Shown: positions 27,911 to 36,991, counted from the stretch's first letter. The stretch is DNA of 55,463 nt from a virus (IMGVR_UViG_3300037584_004704:1-55463); one strand, 5' to 3'. Notes: generated by a model from the sequence alone, not told the origin. Program-made: numbers and translations.

Positions 27911-28324
27911 CTAGTCCTGGGCAGCTTTTGAAGTTTCGTGATCGATAGTGTGGCTCAACTCGACATCGAATTTGGCATCGGCTTCCTTGACCAACTCGGA
28001 TGTTTCCGAGTTGATCCAATGTAGAGATCCAATCCGACGGATCGTCTTGCGCTCTGACTTGATGGATCGATGCTTCTCCTGGTGAACCGCGGTCCAATCG
28101 AAGAGAGTTACGTCTCCCTCTGTCTCGACCCAACAAACAGCACCGCAGCTGAGAGGGCTGTTTGGACGGTATTTCGTGATTGAGTGATCGTGATAAATCA
28201 CTTCGTGAGCATAGTAGGTTTTGCCTCTGTGCTTCACAGTGAGAACCGGAAACTCCGTGCGGTTTTTCTGGTTGTATTTGAGCATGTGTTGGTTCACATG
28301 AACAATAGTTTTTGCTTTTTTCAT
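27911..28324 (-). CDS. Conserved marine-phage early protein
   Basis: GGGAG RBS; IVHVNQH...PLSCGAVCWVET. Confidence 0.65.
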   Translation of the reverse strand: MKKAKTIVHVNQHMLKYNQKNRTEFPVLTVKHRGKTYYAHEVIYHDHSITKYRPNSPLSCGAVCWVETEGDVTLFDWTAVHQEKHRSIKSERKTIRRIGSLHWINSETSELVKEADAKFDVELSHTIDHETSKAAQD

Positions 28325-28377
28325 GCTCCCATTTTTTCACACTAAATCCCATAAGTAAAGCTCTTAAATATCTTTTC

Positions 28378-28397
28378 TGTGGATAACCTGTGGATAA
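28378..28397 (-). promoter_or_regulatory. Two tandem perfect DnaA boxes
   Basis: TGTGGATAA at 28378 and 28389 (TTATCCACA on the minus strand). Confidence 0.6.
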
Positions 28398-28505
28398 CTC
28401 GCTTGTGAATTATGGGCCCACCCACCCCTGCTTGCTGCTTGTAAATTATGGGCCCACCCACCCTGTGGCTTGCGGGCCCACCCACCCAAAAAAAAAAATA
28501 AAAGG

Positions 28506-28539
28506 TAGTTCTCTATCCCCTATAGGGGATAGAGAACTA
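28506..28539. repeat. Perfect 34-bp palindrome
   Basis: TAGTTCTCTATCCCCTATAGGGGATAGAGAACTA. Confidence 0.9.
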
Positions 28540-28553
28540 AGGCTATCTTAGTT

Positions 28554-28865
28554 CTAATGGGGAATCATGTCTTGCATCTGATTCCACGGCATGCTGCCTG
28601 GCTGGACGAGCACCGAGGCCCCGTCAAACCAATCCAAGAACCAGTATTCGAGCCGATGGAGTTCTTTGCTCTCGTTCACATAACCTCGCAGCTCGTCTCC
28701 TGGGCCACCCCAAGAAAACTGCCAACGCCAGTACCCTTCAGGCTGATCGTCCCACGTATGCGGGTCAACATAATCAAAGCACAGGCCTTCAAACTCAGGA
28801 TCTGCAAGGTCCTGCTGGCGATCTTTCCATTCTTCTTTAACTCTTTGCTTGCATGTTTTATTCAT
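28554..28865 (-). CDS. Early hypothetical protein
   Basis: AGGAG RBS; WRWQFSWGGPGDELR motif. Confidence 0.65.
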   Translation of the reverse strand: MNKTCKQRVKEEWKDRQQDLADPEFEGLCFDYVDPHTWDDQPEGYWRWQFSWGGPGDELRGYVNESKELHRLEYWFLDWFDGASVLVQPGSMPWNQMQDMIPH

Positions 28866-28970
28866 CTTCTTTCTCCTTTGTGTGCCCCAACTCGATGCCT
28901 CTAGTAATCTTTCAGGGGCTGACTAACGCAAGCTTTAACTAGGATATAACGCCTGCATTAACCATGTTCT

Positions 28971-29000
28971 TTTATAGCGCATTTTATGGGATTGTGTCAA
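28971..29000 (-). promoter_or_regulatory. Early sigma70 promoter with a TCCCATAA motif in the spacer
   Basis: TTGACA-18nt-TATAAA. Confidence 0.65.
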
Positions 29001-29111
29001 GGTGAGCTTGTAGCTTGTGGGCCCACCCTCCCAAGGCTTGCAGCTTGAGGCCTTGGGGAAATTTTTAAAATTTCCCCAGAACTGCGTTGAAAAAGCAACA
29101 CAAACAAACGC

Positions 29112-29141
29112 AGTTCATAGCCCCCTAGGGGGCTATGAACT
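29112..29141. repeat. Perfect 30-bp palindrome
   Basis: AGTTCATAGCCCCCTAGGGGGCTATGAACT. Confidence 0.9.
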
Positions 29142-29667
29142 AAGCTTGAAATAATTCCCAACAGATACCTAGTCCACAATCATAAACTTCAATACCGTTT
29201 ATTTTTTGACTTGGTATTACATAAGGCGTTTCGCAATCATATTGATTACAATATTCTAAAGTCTTAACTTGCTTTCCGTTTACTTCCTCATCATAAAATC
29301 TAAATAATAAGTTTTCGTCGGTGCAAGCATTGTTTATTTGTTTGCAAGTTTCCCATGTAAAGTAAGGATTGATCCAACCATTCCAACGAATGATAGGGTT
29401 ATAATATCCTTTGACAAATTTGAGGTCCATACCCTCACAAGATATCTTGCCGTAAATGTAGTTTGAGGGAATAGTGTTTGTAAATTTAATTTTCCCGCTT
29501 TCGTAATCATCCATAAAAGCTTCATTGATTTTAATTCTTTTAACAAATCCGCCTCCAAGATTACAGTATTCAATACCCTCATAACCACGATCAAATTTAG
29601 AAATCTCATAATAATTTTTACCACCAATCACCATGAAATTTTTTTTAAGATCTTTTCTTAAATCCAT
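29140..29667 (-). CDS. Early hypothetical protein
   Basis: ORF track; RWNGWINPYF motif. Confidence 0.6.
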   Translation of the reverse strand: MDLRKDLKKNFMVIGGKNYYEISKFDRGYEGIEYCNLGGGFVKRIKINEAFMDDYESGKIKFTNTIPSNYIYGKISCEGMDLKFVKGYYNPIIRWNGWINPYFTWETCKQINNACTDENLLFRFYDEEVNGKQVKTLEYCNQYDCETPYVIPSQKINGIEVYDCGLGICWELFQA

Positions 29668-29675
29668 TTTATCCC

Positions 29676-29930
29676 CTAGTCTAACAGAGTATAATACTCA
29701 TTGATAAAATATCTTTGAAACCAATCAAGACCTTTGCGCATGGTTTTGTAATCTTGAATTATTTCTGCGCTTTTGATTTTATCAAAAATATCTTTTGCAA
29801 ATTTAGGAATGAAAACTTTTTCCCCACTCCATTCGTTTATTGTTTCGATCATTCTCTGATCATCTTTAATATCATCAAACGGCAATTTGATTTCTTTGCC
29901 GTTGTAAGTGATGCTTTTTTTGCTTTTCAT
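29676..29930 (-). CDS. Early hypothetical protein
   Basis: AAGGA RBS; GLDWF...YYTLLD. Confidence 0.6.
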   Translation of the reverse strand: MKSKKSITYNGKEIKLPFDDIKDDQRMIETINEWSGEKVFIPKFAKDIFDKIKSAEIIQDYKTMRKGLDWFQRYFINEYYTLLD

Positions 29931-30230
29931 TGTTTATCCTTTCGTTTCGTCAACCTTGGGAGGAAACCAACCCCCCAAGGTCTAAGGTTCTTTGCGTTGC
30001 GTTTTGATACTCACCTTGTACTTTGGCTTTCACGTGGCGTCCAAGCCTCCACTGTTAATGGTACCCATTAATAATATATAAGTAGCATTATGTGGGATAA
30101 TATACAATAAAATAATAGTCATAAATTATTACTAGCTTGTGGCCTGTGGGCCCACCCACCCAATTAAATAAAAAAAAAATACAGCCTTAGAGCTGCAGTA
30201 GAAAGGGGCGCATAAGCGCCCCTTCTTGAT

Positions 30231-30425
30231 TTATAAATGTGAAGTTATTTTGTTTCTAACTTTTTCGTATTCTTCTTGCGAGATAGGTTCTTTGAAATAT
30301 CTGGGCACGTTATGAACGTGCCCATTATTATCCTCTTCGAAAACCATCTCACCGACTATAAAAGTTTTCATGATTTCAGGATCATTGTTAAACTCTTTTA
30401 TCGGTAACTTGCCTAGTGTTTTCAT
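30231..30425 (-). CDS. Early hypothetical protein
   Basis: ORF track; followed by the hairpin at 30203-30224. Confidence 0.5.
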   Translation of the reverse strand: MKTLGKLPIKEFNNDPEIMKTFIVGEMVFEEDNNGHVHNVPRYFKEPISQEEYEKVRNKITSHL

Positions 30426-30667
30426 TCGCTTTCTTCCAGTCCCAGGACCTCTTTGATCTTTTCTCTAGGTGTGTCTAATCCTTCGATCATGTCGATTGTT
30501 TCTTCTATTGTTTCGAAGGCTTGATACAGTTGATCGTCTTCGTCATCGTCTAGGTCCTGGTAAAGGTCCTTCATCTCTTGAAGCTTTTGTTGTGCTTCTG
30601 AGTTTGCATCCCAAATCTTAGACAACTGCTTGTCAAGTTCTGGGTATTTGGTTTTTAGTTCTTCCAT
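30422..30667 (-). CDS. Early acidic hypothetical protein
   Basis: AAGGA RBS; acidic coiled coil. Confidence 0.55.
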   Translation of the reverse strand: MEELKTKYPELDKQLSKIWDANSEAQQKLQEMKDLYQDLDDDEDDQLYQAFETIEETIDMIEGLDTPREKIKEVLGLEESE

Positions 30668-30724
30668 TTTTTATCCTTTCTAAAAAGACCTGGGGGAGCA
30701 TAAGCACCCCCAAGAGAAATCTTG

Positions 30725-30940
30725 TTAATCTTTGTGCAAGTCCTGGAACTCGTCCCACTGTTCGCGGTTCACTTCTTCAAGAGCTTGACCATCTTCATAT
30801 AAGATCGTGAACAGATGATGCTTAGTTTGCATGTGAGCATTCCAGGCGTCAAAGTTATCGTAGTTCTTGATTGAACTTGTAGCGATCTTACTATAGTCAG
30901 CTTCCGCCTGTTCAACCGCCCATTGTTTTACTTTTCCCAT
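30725..30940 (-). CDS. Early hypothetical protein
   Basis: AAGGA RBS; MGKVKQWA N-terminus. Confidence 0.55.
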   Translation of the reverse strand: MGKVKQWAVEQAEADYSKIATSSIKNYDNFDAWNAHMQTKHHLFTILYEDGQALEEVNREQWDEFQDLHKD

Positions 30941-30991
30941 TTTATATCCTTTCTTTGAGAAGCGACGGGGGCAAAAGCCCCCGTCTCTAAA

Positions 30992-31189
30992 TTAATCTTC
31001 GAGGACCAAGACATAGAGTAAATACTCTACATCCTTGTCCTCGTATTGAGACGCAGTGTTCAATGCGTTGAGATACTCAAGAGCATCTGCACGAGCATGA
31101 AATACTTTAGAATGATAATAACCATTCTGAATAGTATCAAACTTATGACACTGTATAACTGCGTATTGTTTAATGGGTTCGTTTACCAT
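30992..31189 (-). CDS. Early hypothetical protein
   Basis: Directly downstream of a TTTACA promoter carrying the ATCCCATAA motif. Confidence 0.5.
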   Translation of the reverse strand: MVNEPIKQYAVIQCHKFDTIQNGYYHSKVFHARADALEYLNALNTASQYEDKDVEYLLYVLVLED

Positions 31190-31253
31190 ACGTATAATCT
31201 ACCATTTTATGGGATATCATGTAAAGAAAAAAATGGTCATATTTTATTACAAG

Positions 31254-31262
31254 TTATCCACA
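31254..31262 (+). promoter_or_regulatory. Perfect DnaA box
   Basis: TTATCCACA. Confidence 0.5.
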
Positions 31263-31465
31263 GGCTTGCGAACTGTGGGCCCACCCACCCCTGAAAAATT
31301 CTTGTGAACTTCGGGCCCACCCACCCAATAGAGGTACCAAGCCGTCAGCAAAATCGAAAAAACTGCAGACCCCCCTCCCCCTTTTTTTGGTAGAAGATGT
31401 AACTATATATTTGTATGTATATGTTGATTTTGTATACTTAATGGTATTAAATTCATTTTGAAACG

Positions 31466-32938
31466 ATGCAATTAGAAGGAATAGATATAGACATCAATAA
31501 ATTACCTGCGGAAGCAAGGAAAGAGTTCTTACGTTATAAAATAAAATTAGAAGAAAAAAGAAAAGAATCTGCAATCAAGAACGATTTCATGTCATTCGTT
31601 AAGTATGTGTGGCCTGATTTTATAGAGGGGTCCCACCACAAAATAATGTCAGAGAAGTTTAACAAAGTAGCCACGGGCCAATTAAAACGAGTCATTATCA
31701 ATATGGCCCCCCGACATACAAAATCAGAATTTTCATCCTACCTCCTTCCATCGTGGATGATAGGAAAAAATCCAAAACTAAAAATTATTCAAGCGACTCA
31801 CACCACAGAGCTCGCGGTCCGCTTTGGACGAAAAGCGAAACATTTAATTGACTCAGAAGAATATCAAAAAATTTTCCCAACAAAACTGAGAGAGGACTCA
31901 AAGGCCGCGGGCCGTTGGGAGACAAACGAGGGCGGCGAATATTTCGCTGCGGGTGTCGGCGGAAGTATCACGGGCCGTGGTGCGGATTTATTAATCATTG
32001 ATGATCCCCACTCGGAACAAGACGCGCTGAACGTGAATGCGTTGGAGAGGACTTGGGAATGGTACACGTCCGGTCCTCGTCAGCGTTTACAACCAGGTGG
32101 TATTATTGTTGTGGTCATGACTCGTTGGAACATGAAAGATTTAACAGGAAGATTAATCAATGCTCAAAAAGAAACCAAAGCGGATCAATGGGAGGTCATT
32201 GAGTTTCCAGCTATCTTACCGAATAACAAACCGGTATGGCCAGAGTATTGGAAGTTAGAAGAATTAGAATCGGTCAAAGCTTCATTAGCGATTGGTAAGT
32301 GGAATGCACAGTACCAACAAAACCCAACAGCAGAAGAAGGAAGTATCATTAAACGAGAATGGTGGAACCTATGGGAGAAGGACCTCCCCCCGCTTTATCA
32401 CGTGATACAATCCTATGATACTGCTTTTTTGAAAAAAGAAACTGCAGATTATTCGGCTATCACAACGTGGGGAGTCTTTTATCCAACCGAGGACAGCGGA
32501 CCGAATCTCATTCTTTTAGATGTTGTCAAAGATCGTTTCGAGTTCCCCGAGCTACGGCGCGTGGCCCTCGAACAGTATAACTATTGGAAACCAGAGAGTG
32601 TTGTTGTGGAGGGAAAAGCTTCTGGGATGCCCTTGACTTTTGAGTTGCGTAAACAAGGAATACCCGTTATAAATTATACACCGAGTCGTGGAAACGATAA
32701 GCACGCTCGTGTCAATGCCGTGGCGCCGTTATTTGAGTCAGGGCAGATATGGGCAACCGACGATAAATTCACAGAAGAAGTGATTGAAGAATGTGCTGCT
32801 TTTCCGTATGGTGATCATGACGACTTGGTGGATAGCATGACACAAGCAGTCATGAGGTTTAGACAGGGAGGGTTTATTAATCATCCAGACGATGAAGATG
32901 ATACACCCTTACCACAACAACGGAGAGTATATTACTAA
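31466..32938 (+). CDS. terL: Terminase large subunit
   Basis: APRHTKS, GRGADLLIIDDPH, QYQQNP and HDDLVDS motifs. Confidence 0.95.
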   Translation: MQLEGIDIDINKLPAEARKEFLRYKIKLEEKRKESAIKNDFMSFVKYVWPDFIEGSHHKIMSEKFNKVATGQLKRVIINMAPRHTKSEFSSYLLPSWMIGKNPKLKIIQATHTTELAVRFGRKAKHLIDSEEYQKIFPTKLREDSKAAGRWETNEGGEYFAAGVGGSITGRGADLLIIDDPHSEQDALNVNALERTWEWYTSGPRQRLQPGGIIVVVMTRWNMKDLTGRLINAQKETKADQWEVIEFPAILPNNKPVWPEYWKLEELESVKASLAIGKWNAQYQQNPTAEEGSIIKREWWNLWEKDLPPLYHVIQSYDTAFLKKETADYSAITTWGVFYPTEDSGPNLILLDVVKDRFEFPELRRVALEQYNYWKPESVVVEGKASGMPLTFELRKQGIPVINYTPSRGNDKHARVNAVAPLFESGQIWATDDKFTEEVIEECAAFPYGDHDDLVDSMTQAVMRFRQGGFINHPDDEDDTPLPQQRRVYY

Positions 32939-34023
32939 TGGGAAGTAAAACAGCAACAGCATCAAGAAACGCACAAAGACAAGCGAACACTGCTGAGTTA
33001 ATGCAAAACATCATGACAGGTGGTGAAATTTCTAAAAAGAGAGAAGCAGAATTACAAGCAGCTGCCAATAGAGGCAGAGGTATACAGTTTATTGAAGGCT
33101 CTCCTACAGTTAAAGGATTAACACAAAAAGGTGGTAAGCCTGTTTTTAGAACAGGAGCGACCGCTGCAGATTATACTGGAAGAATTACAGCAAGCCCTCC
33201 AACACTAGGAGAACTTGCAGGAGATGCCGGTAGAGCTCTCTTTGGTGGCACTGCAGACAAACAAGTTTTTACACTACCCACATCAAGACCAGGAACTCCT
33301 AACATGGACTTTGCAAACATGGTACCCGACCCACAAAGAAGTGAGGGTATTATTCCTGCTTTACTTAATACAGGAGGTATCGGTGGTCTAGCTTTAAATA
33401 TTATTCAAGATTTATTTGGCAAAGGAAAAAACTTTTTATTCCCTGAAGAAGAGGAAGAAGATACTTTCTCTAGTGCAGCAGATGCGATGGGTGGAGCTGC
33501 AGCAATAAACTTAGGTGATATAAGAACACAAAGAAATTTAGCAGGTACAACAGGTGATGAAATCGATCAGTTCATTCGAACTATTGGTGATCCTAATGTT
33601 GATCTATTTTCTAGTGGAGCAGATGCTACAAGACCCGCCGTAGCTAATTTAAATGATCGTTTCTCTAGTGCAGCAGATGCGATGGGAGGTGCAGGAATTG
33701 ATTTAGAAAAACTAGATCAATCGAATCAACTTTTAAATGAAATAACAGATCAAGGGATTTATGAAACAGGTTCTAATCTTTTAGGTGTCGGTCCCGAGAT
33801 GGGAGTATTCAATGTTCCTGGTGACCGCGGTTCAGGTTTCACTCCTGCTTTAGAAACGTATTATAATAATTTAATTGAACAAGGAGTTTCTCCAGAAGAA
33901 GCACTAAAACAAACAAAGGTGTTATCGGCGTACGGGTATAAAGACGGCGGACTAACTAAAACCGTAGCACCTCAAGAAGGGCCGATGTCCGCGGGTGTTG
34001 CTTCTTTATTCAAAAACAAGTAA
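32938..34023 (+). CDS. Probable internal head protein with an internal repeat
   Basis: Lies between terL and portal; FSSAADAMGGA twice; C-terminal GYKDGG motif. Confidence 0.55.
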   Translation: MGSKTATASRNAQRQANTAELMQNIMTGGEISKKREAELQAAANRGRGIQFIEGSPTVKGLTQKGGKPVFRTGATAADYTGRITASPPTLGELAGDAGRALFGGTADKQVFTLPTSRPGTPNMDFANMVPDPQRSEGIIPALLNTGGIGGLALNIIQDLFGKGKNFLFPEEEEEDTFSSAADAMGGAAAINLGDIRTQRNLAGTTGDEIDQFIRTIGDPNVDLFSSGADATRPAVANLNDRFSSAADAMGGAGIDLEKLDQSNQLLNEITDQGIYETGSNLLGVGPEMGVFNVPGDRGSGFTPALETYYNNLIEQGVSPEEALKQTKVLSAYGYKDGGLTKTVAPQEGPMSAGVASLFKNK

Positions 34024-34032
34024 GGATAGTAA

Positions 34033-36507
34033 ATGGAAATAGATAAAGCACTACCTAATACTAAAAGAACAACAATAGATCTTCCAAGTAAAGATGATCT
34101 AGAAGAAGTTGTTGTTCAAGAATTAAACAAAGAGCAACAAGCTCCAGAAGAAGTAGAAGTTATTGAAACAGAAGAAGGTGGAGCAGAAATTTCTTTTGAC
34201 CCTTCTAAAGCTATGGCGGAAGGTAGTGAAAATCATTTTGCAAATTTAGCTGAATACTTAGAAGACGATGTCTTAGGACCTTTAGGTAATGAACTTAAAG
34301 ACATGTTTCTAGATTACAAATCTTCTAGAAAAGATTGGGAGCAATCTTACACACAAGGATTAGATTTATTAGGTTTTAAATATGAAGAGAGAGGTGAACC
34401 TTTTCAAGGAGCAAGTGGTGCAACACACCCTGTCCTCGCAGAAGCAGTCACACAATTTCAATCTCTAGCTTACAAAGAATTACTACCGGCCGACGGCCCT
34501 GTTAGAACACAAATTATCGGTGCACCTAGCACTGCTAAAGAACAACAAAGCGAACGTGTCAAAGAGTTCATGAACTATCAACTTATGTCAGAGATGAAAG
34601 AGTATGAACAAGAGTTTGATCAAATGCTTTTCTATCTTCCTCTCTCAGGCTCGACATTTAAAAAAGTGTACTACGATGAATTATTAGGTCGAGCCGTTTC
34701 AAAGTTTGTACCCGCAGATGATTTGTTAGTACCTTATTCTGCAACTAGTTTAGAAGATGCTGATAGTATTATTCATAAAATAAATATTTCTGAAAACGAT
34801 TTACGTAAACAACAAGTGGGTGGCTTCTATCGAGATATAGAAGTATCAGAATCATCAAACGAAGATGATGACATCGCAGCTAAAGAAAGAGAGCTAGAAG
34901 GTATTCGTAAATCTGAAAAATCAGATATGTATACATTGTTGGAGTGTCATGTTGATTTAGATTTAGAAGGATTTGAAGACAGTAATCCTGAGACAGGTGA
35001 AGCGACAGAAATTAAATTACCTTACATTGTTACTATCGAAGAAGGTAGTAGAGAAGTTTTATCAATTCGTAGAAATTACGAAGCACAAGATCCTAAGAAA
35101 AAAAGAATTAATTATTTTACACATTTTAAGTTTTTACCAGGTCTAGGTTTTTATGGCTTTGGTTTAATTCACATGATTGGTGGATTATCAAGAACTGCAA
35201 CAGCGGCCCTACGACAGCTTTTGGATGCAGGGACTCTTTCTAATCTACCCTCGGGTTTTAAAACGAGAGGCATCAGAGTACGAGATGAAGCACAGTCAAT
35301 ACAACCAGGAGAGTTTAGAGATGTAGACGCTCCAGGAGGTAATCTCCGTGAATCATTTATGCCCCTTCCTTTTAAAGAGCCGTCTGCAACACTATTGCAG
35401 CTCATGGGCATAGTGGTGCAGGCGGGACAAAGATTTGCTTCTATTGCAGATATGCAAGTAGGTGATGGCAATCAAGGTGCTGCTGTAGGCACAACTGTTG
35501 CATTATTAGAACGTGGCTCTCGTGTCATGTCAGCCATACATAAAAGATTATACAATTCACTGAAGAATGAATTCAAACAACTAGTAAGAATTTTCTCACT
35601 TTATTTACCACCTGAATATCCGTACGACGTAGTGGGCGGTCAACGTATGGTTAAACAAACAGACTTTGATGATAAAGTTGATATTCTACCAATAGCAGAT
35701 CCTAATATCTTTTCACAAACACAAAGAATTAGTTTAGCTCAAACACAATTACAATTAGCTCAAACAAATCCTAAAATACATAATCTATATCAAGCTTATC
35801 GTAGTATGTATGAAGCAATAGGAATTAAAAACGTCGACTTAATTCTACCTCCTCCACAACCACCACAACCAATGGACCCTAGTATGGAACATATACAGTC
35901 TATGGCAGGTAAAAAATTTCAAGCTTTTCCTAAACAAGACCACAAAGCACACATAGATGCTCATTTAAATTTTATGGGTACAAGCACAGTAAGAAATAAT
36001 CCTACGATTATGTCTTTAGTACAAAAAAATATACTTGAACATATATCTTTAATGGCTCAAGAGCAGATTCAATTAGAATTTGCAGAAGAATTAGTACAAC
36101 TACAACAAATGCAAGCTCAAATGCAGCAACAAGCCATGACAGGTATGCCTGCACAACCAAATCCTATGATGGAACAACTACAAATCGGTATAGAATCTAG
36201 AAAATCTAAACTTATTGCAGAAATGACCAAAGACTTTATGGAAGAAGAACGTAAAATTAACTCTGCAGAGGATGTTGACCCACTTGTTAAACTAAAAGGT
36301 AGAGAAATAGACCTTCGTGCCATGGAGAATGAACGTAAAAAAGACGAAGGTGAGCAAAAATTAGAGATAGAACGTGCAAAATTAGTTCAAGATCAAGTAA
36401 CACACGATGAAAAAATGGAACAAAATGAAGATTTAGCTGGTTTACGTGCTGGAGTCTCCCTAGCAAAAGCAGGTGTGTCAAAAATGAAGGTAATGACTAA
36501 CAATTAA
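34033..36507 (+). CDS. Portal protein
   Basis: 824 aa after terL; HPVLAEAVTQFQ, GSTFKKVYYD and PGEFRDVD motifs; Gln-rich barrel-like C-terminus. Confidence 0.9.
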   Translation: MEIDKALPNTKRTTIDLPSKDDLEEVVVQELNKEQQAPEEVEVIETEEGGAEISFDPSKAMAEGSENHFANLAEYLEDDVLGPLGNELKDMFLDYKSSRKDWEQSYTQGLDLLGFKYEERGEPFQGASGATHPVLAEAVTQFQSLAYKELLPADGPVRTQIIGAPSTAKEQQSERVKEFMNYQLMSEMKEYEQEFDQMLFYLPLSGSTFKKVYYDELLGRAVSKFVPADDLLVPYSATSLEDADSIIHKINISENDLRKQQVGGFYRDIEVSESSNEDDDIAAKERELEGIRKSEKSDMYTLLECHVDLDLEGFEDSNPETGEATEIKLPYIVTIEEGSREVLSIRRNYEAQDPKKKRINYFTHFKFLPGLGFYGFGLIHMIGGLSRTATAALRQLLDAGTLSNLPSGFKTRGIRVRDEAQSIQPGEFRDVDAPGGNLRESFMPLPFKEPSATLLQLMGIVVQAGQRFASIADMQVGDGNQGAAVGTTVALLERGSRVMSAIHKRLYNSLKNEFKQLVRIFSLYLPPEYPYDVVGGQRMVKQTDFDDKVDILPIADPNIFSQTQRISLAQTQLQLAQTNPKIHNLYQAYRSMYEAIGIKNVDLILPPPQPPQPMDPSMEHIQSMAGKKFQAFPKQDHKAHIDAHLNFMGTSTVRNNPTIMSLVQKNILEHISLMAQEQIQLEFAEELVQLQQMQAQMQQQAMTGMPAQPNPMMEQLQIGIESRKSKLIAEMTKDFMEEERKINSAEDVDPLVKLKGREIDLRAMENERKKDEGEQKLEIERAKLVQDQVTHDEKMEQNEDLAGLRAGVSLAKAGVSKMKVMTNN

Positions 36508-36665
36508 TGCCTAAACAGACAAAAAAACAAAATAAAAAAATTGCAAAAGTCATGCGAGAATTCAAAAACAAAAAATTACCTATCGGAAAGTCGAAAAAAA
36601 AGGTAAAATCTCGCAAACAGGCCATAGCTATCGCACTAAGCGAAGCAGGTTTGAAAAAAAAATAA
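36507..36665 (+). CDS. Small basic protein (52 aa)
   Basis: KIAKVMREFK...KVKSRKQAIAIALSEAG; translationally coupled to the portal gene. Confidence 0.7.
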   Translation: MPKQTKKQNKKIAKVMREFKNKKLPIGKSKKKVKSRKQAIAIALSEAGLKKK

Positions 36666-36682
36666 CAAAGGAGCTAAAGATT

Positions 36683-36856
36683 ATGAAGAGTATGAGTAAA
36701 AGACCGATTGATCATCAAATGTTTGTTGACAAAGACGGTTATAAAAAAGGAGGCGTTGAAATTGAAACAACAAATCCTAAAGAAACTCAGGTAGAAAAAA
36801 TCGGCGGACAAAAACGTGTTCTTCCTGAGAAAAAACGTAGTGCCAAGTGGTACTAA
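36683..36856 (+). CDS. Small protein (57 aa) with GYKKGG motif
   Basis: AGGAG RBS. Confidence 0.55.
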   Translation: MKSMSKRPIDHQMFVDKDGYKKGGVEIETTNPKETQVEKIGGQKRVLPEKKRSAKWY

Positions 36857-36874
36857 TTTAAAAAGGAGGATATC

Positions 36875-36991
36875 ATGATGATATTTGGATGGAACCCAAT
36901 GGATAAGTGGAAAAAACTTAACAAAAAGGGCAAACTATTCGTAGTCGCTGTTGCAGTTGTTATTGTAGTAGCAATCGTTAAAGGTATTTAA
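36875..36991 (+). CDS. Small single-TM membrane protein (38 aa)
   Basis: AGGAGG RBS; LFVVAVAVVIVVAIV. Confidence 0.6.
   Translation: MMIFGWNPMDKWKKLNKKGKLFVVAVAVVIVVAIVKGI

Larger units (their letters stand above)
27751..31326 (+). repeat. Nine co-oriented GGGCCCACCC(A/G/T)CCC repeats with GCTTG(T/C)G sub-repeats
   Basis: Copies at 27764, 27820, 28414, 28450, 28474, 29019, 30148, 31277 and 31313. Confidence 0.9.

Noticed and set aside
27744-28352. 202-aa minus-strand ORF overlapping 27911..28324
   Set aside because: No recognisable motifs; runs through the repeats; the 137-aa frame has the RBS and the conserved motif
28506-28539. Protelomerase (telRL) site
   Set aside because: No protelomerase or tyrosine recombinase gene in the window, and several different palindromes are present
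28870-30071. Twister, pistol or hammerhead ribozyme assignment for the structured leaders
   Set aside because: Only partial resemblance; the conserved catalytic cores could not be matched by eye
27751-31326. CRISPR array or mini-array
   Set aside because: Repeats are 14 bp with very irregular spacing (tens of bp to over 1 kb) and enclose whole genes; no cas genes
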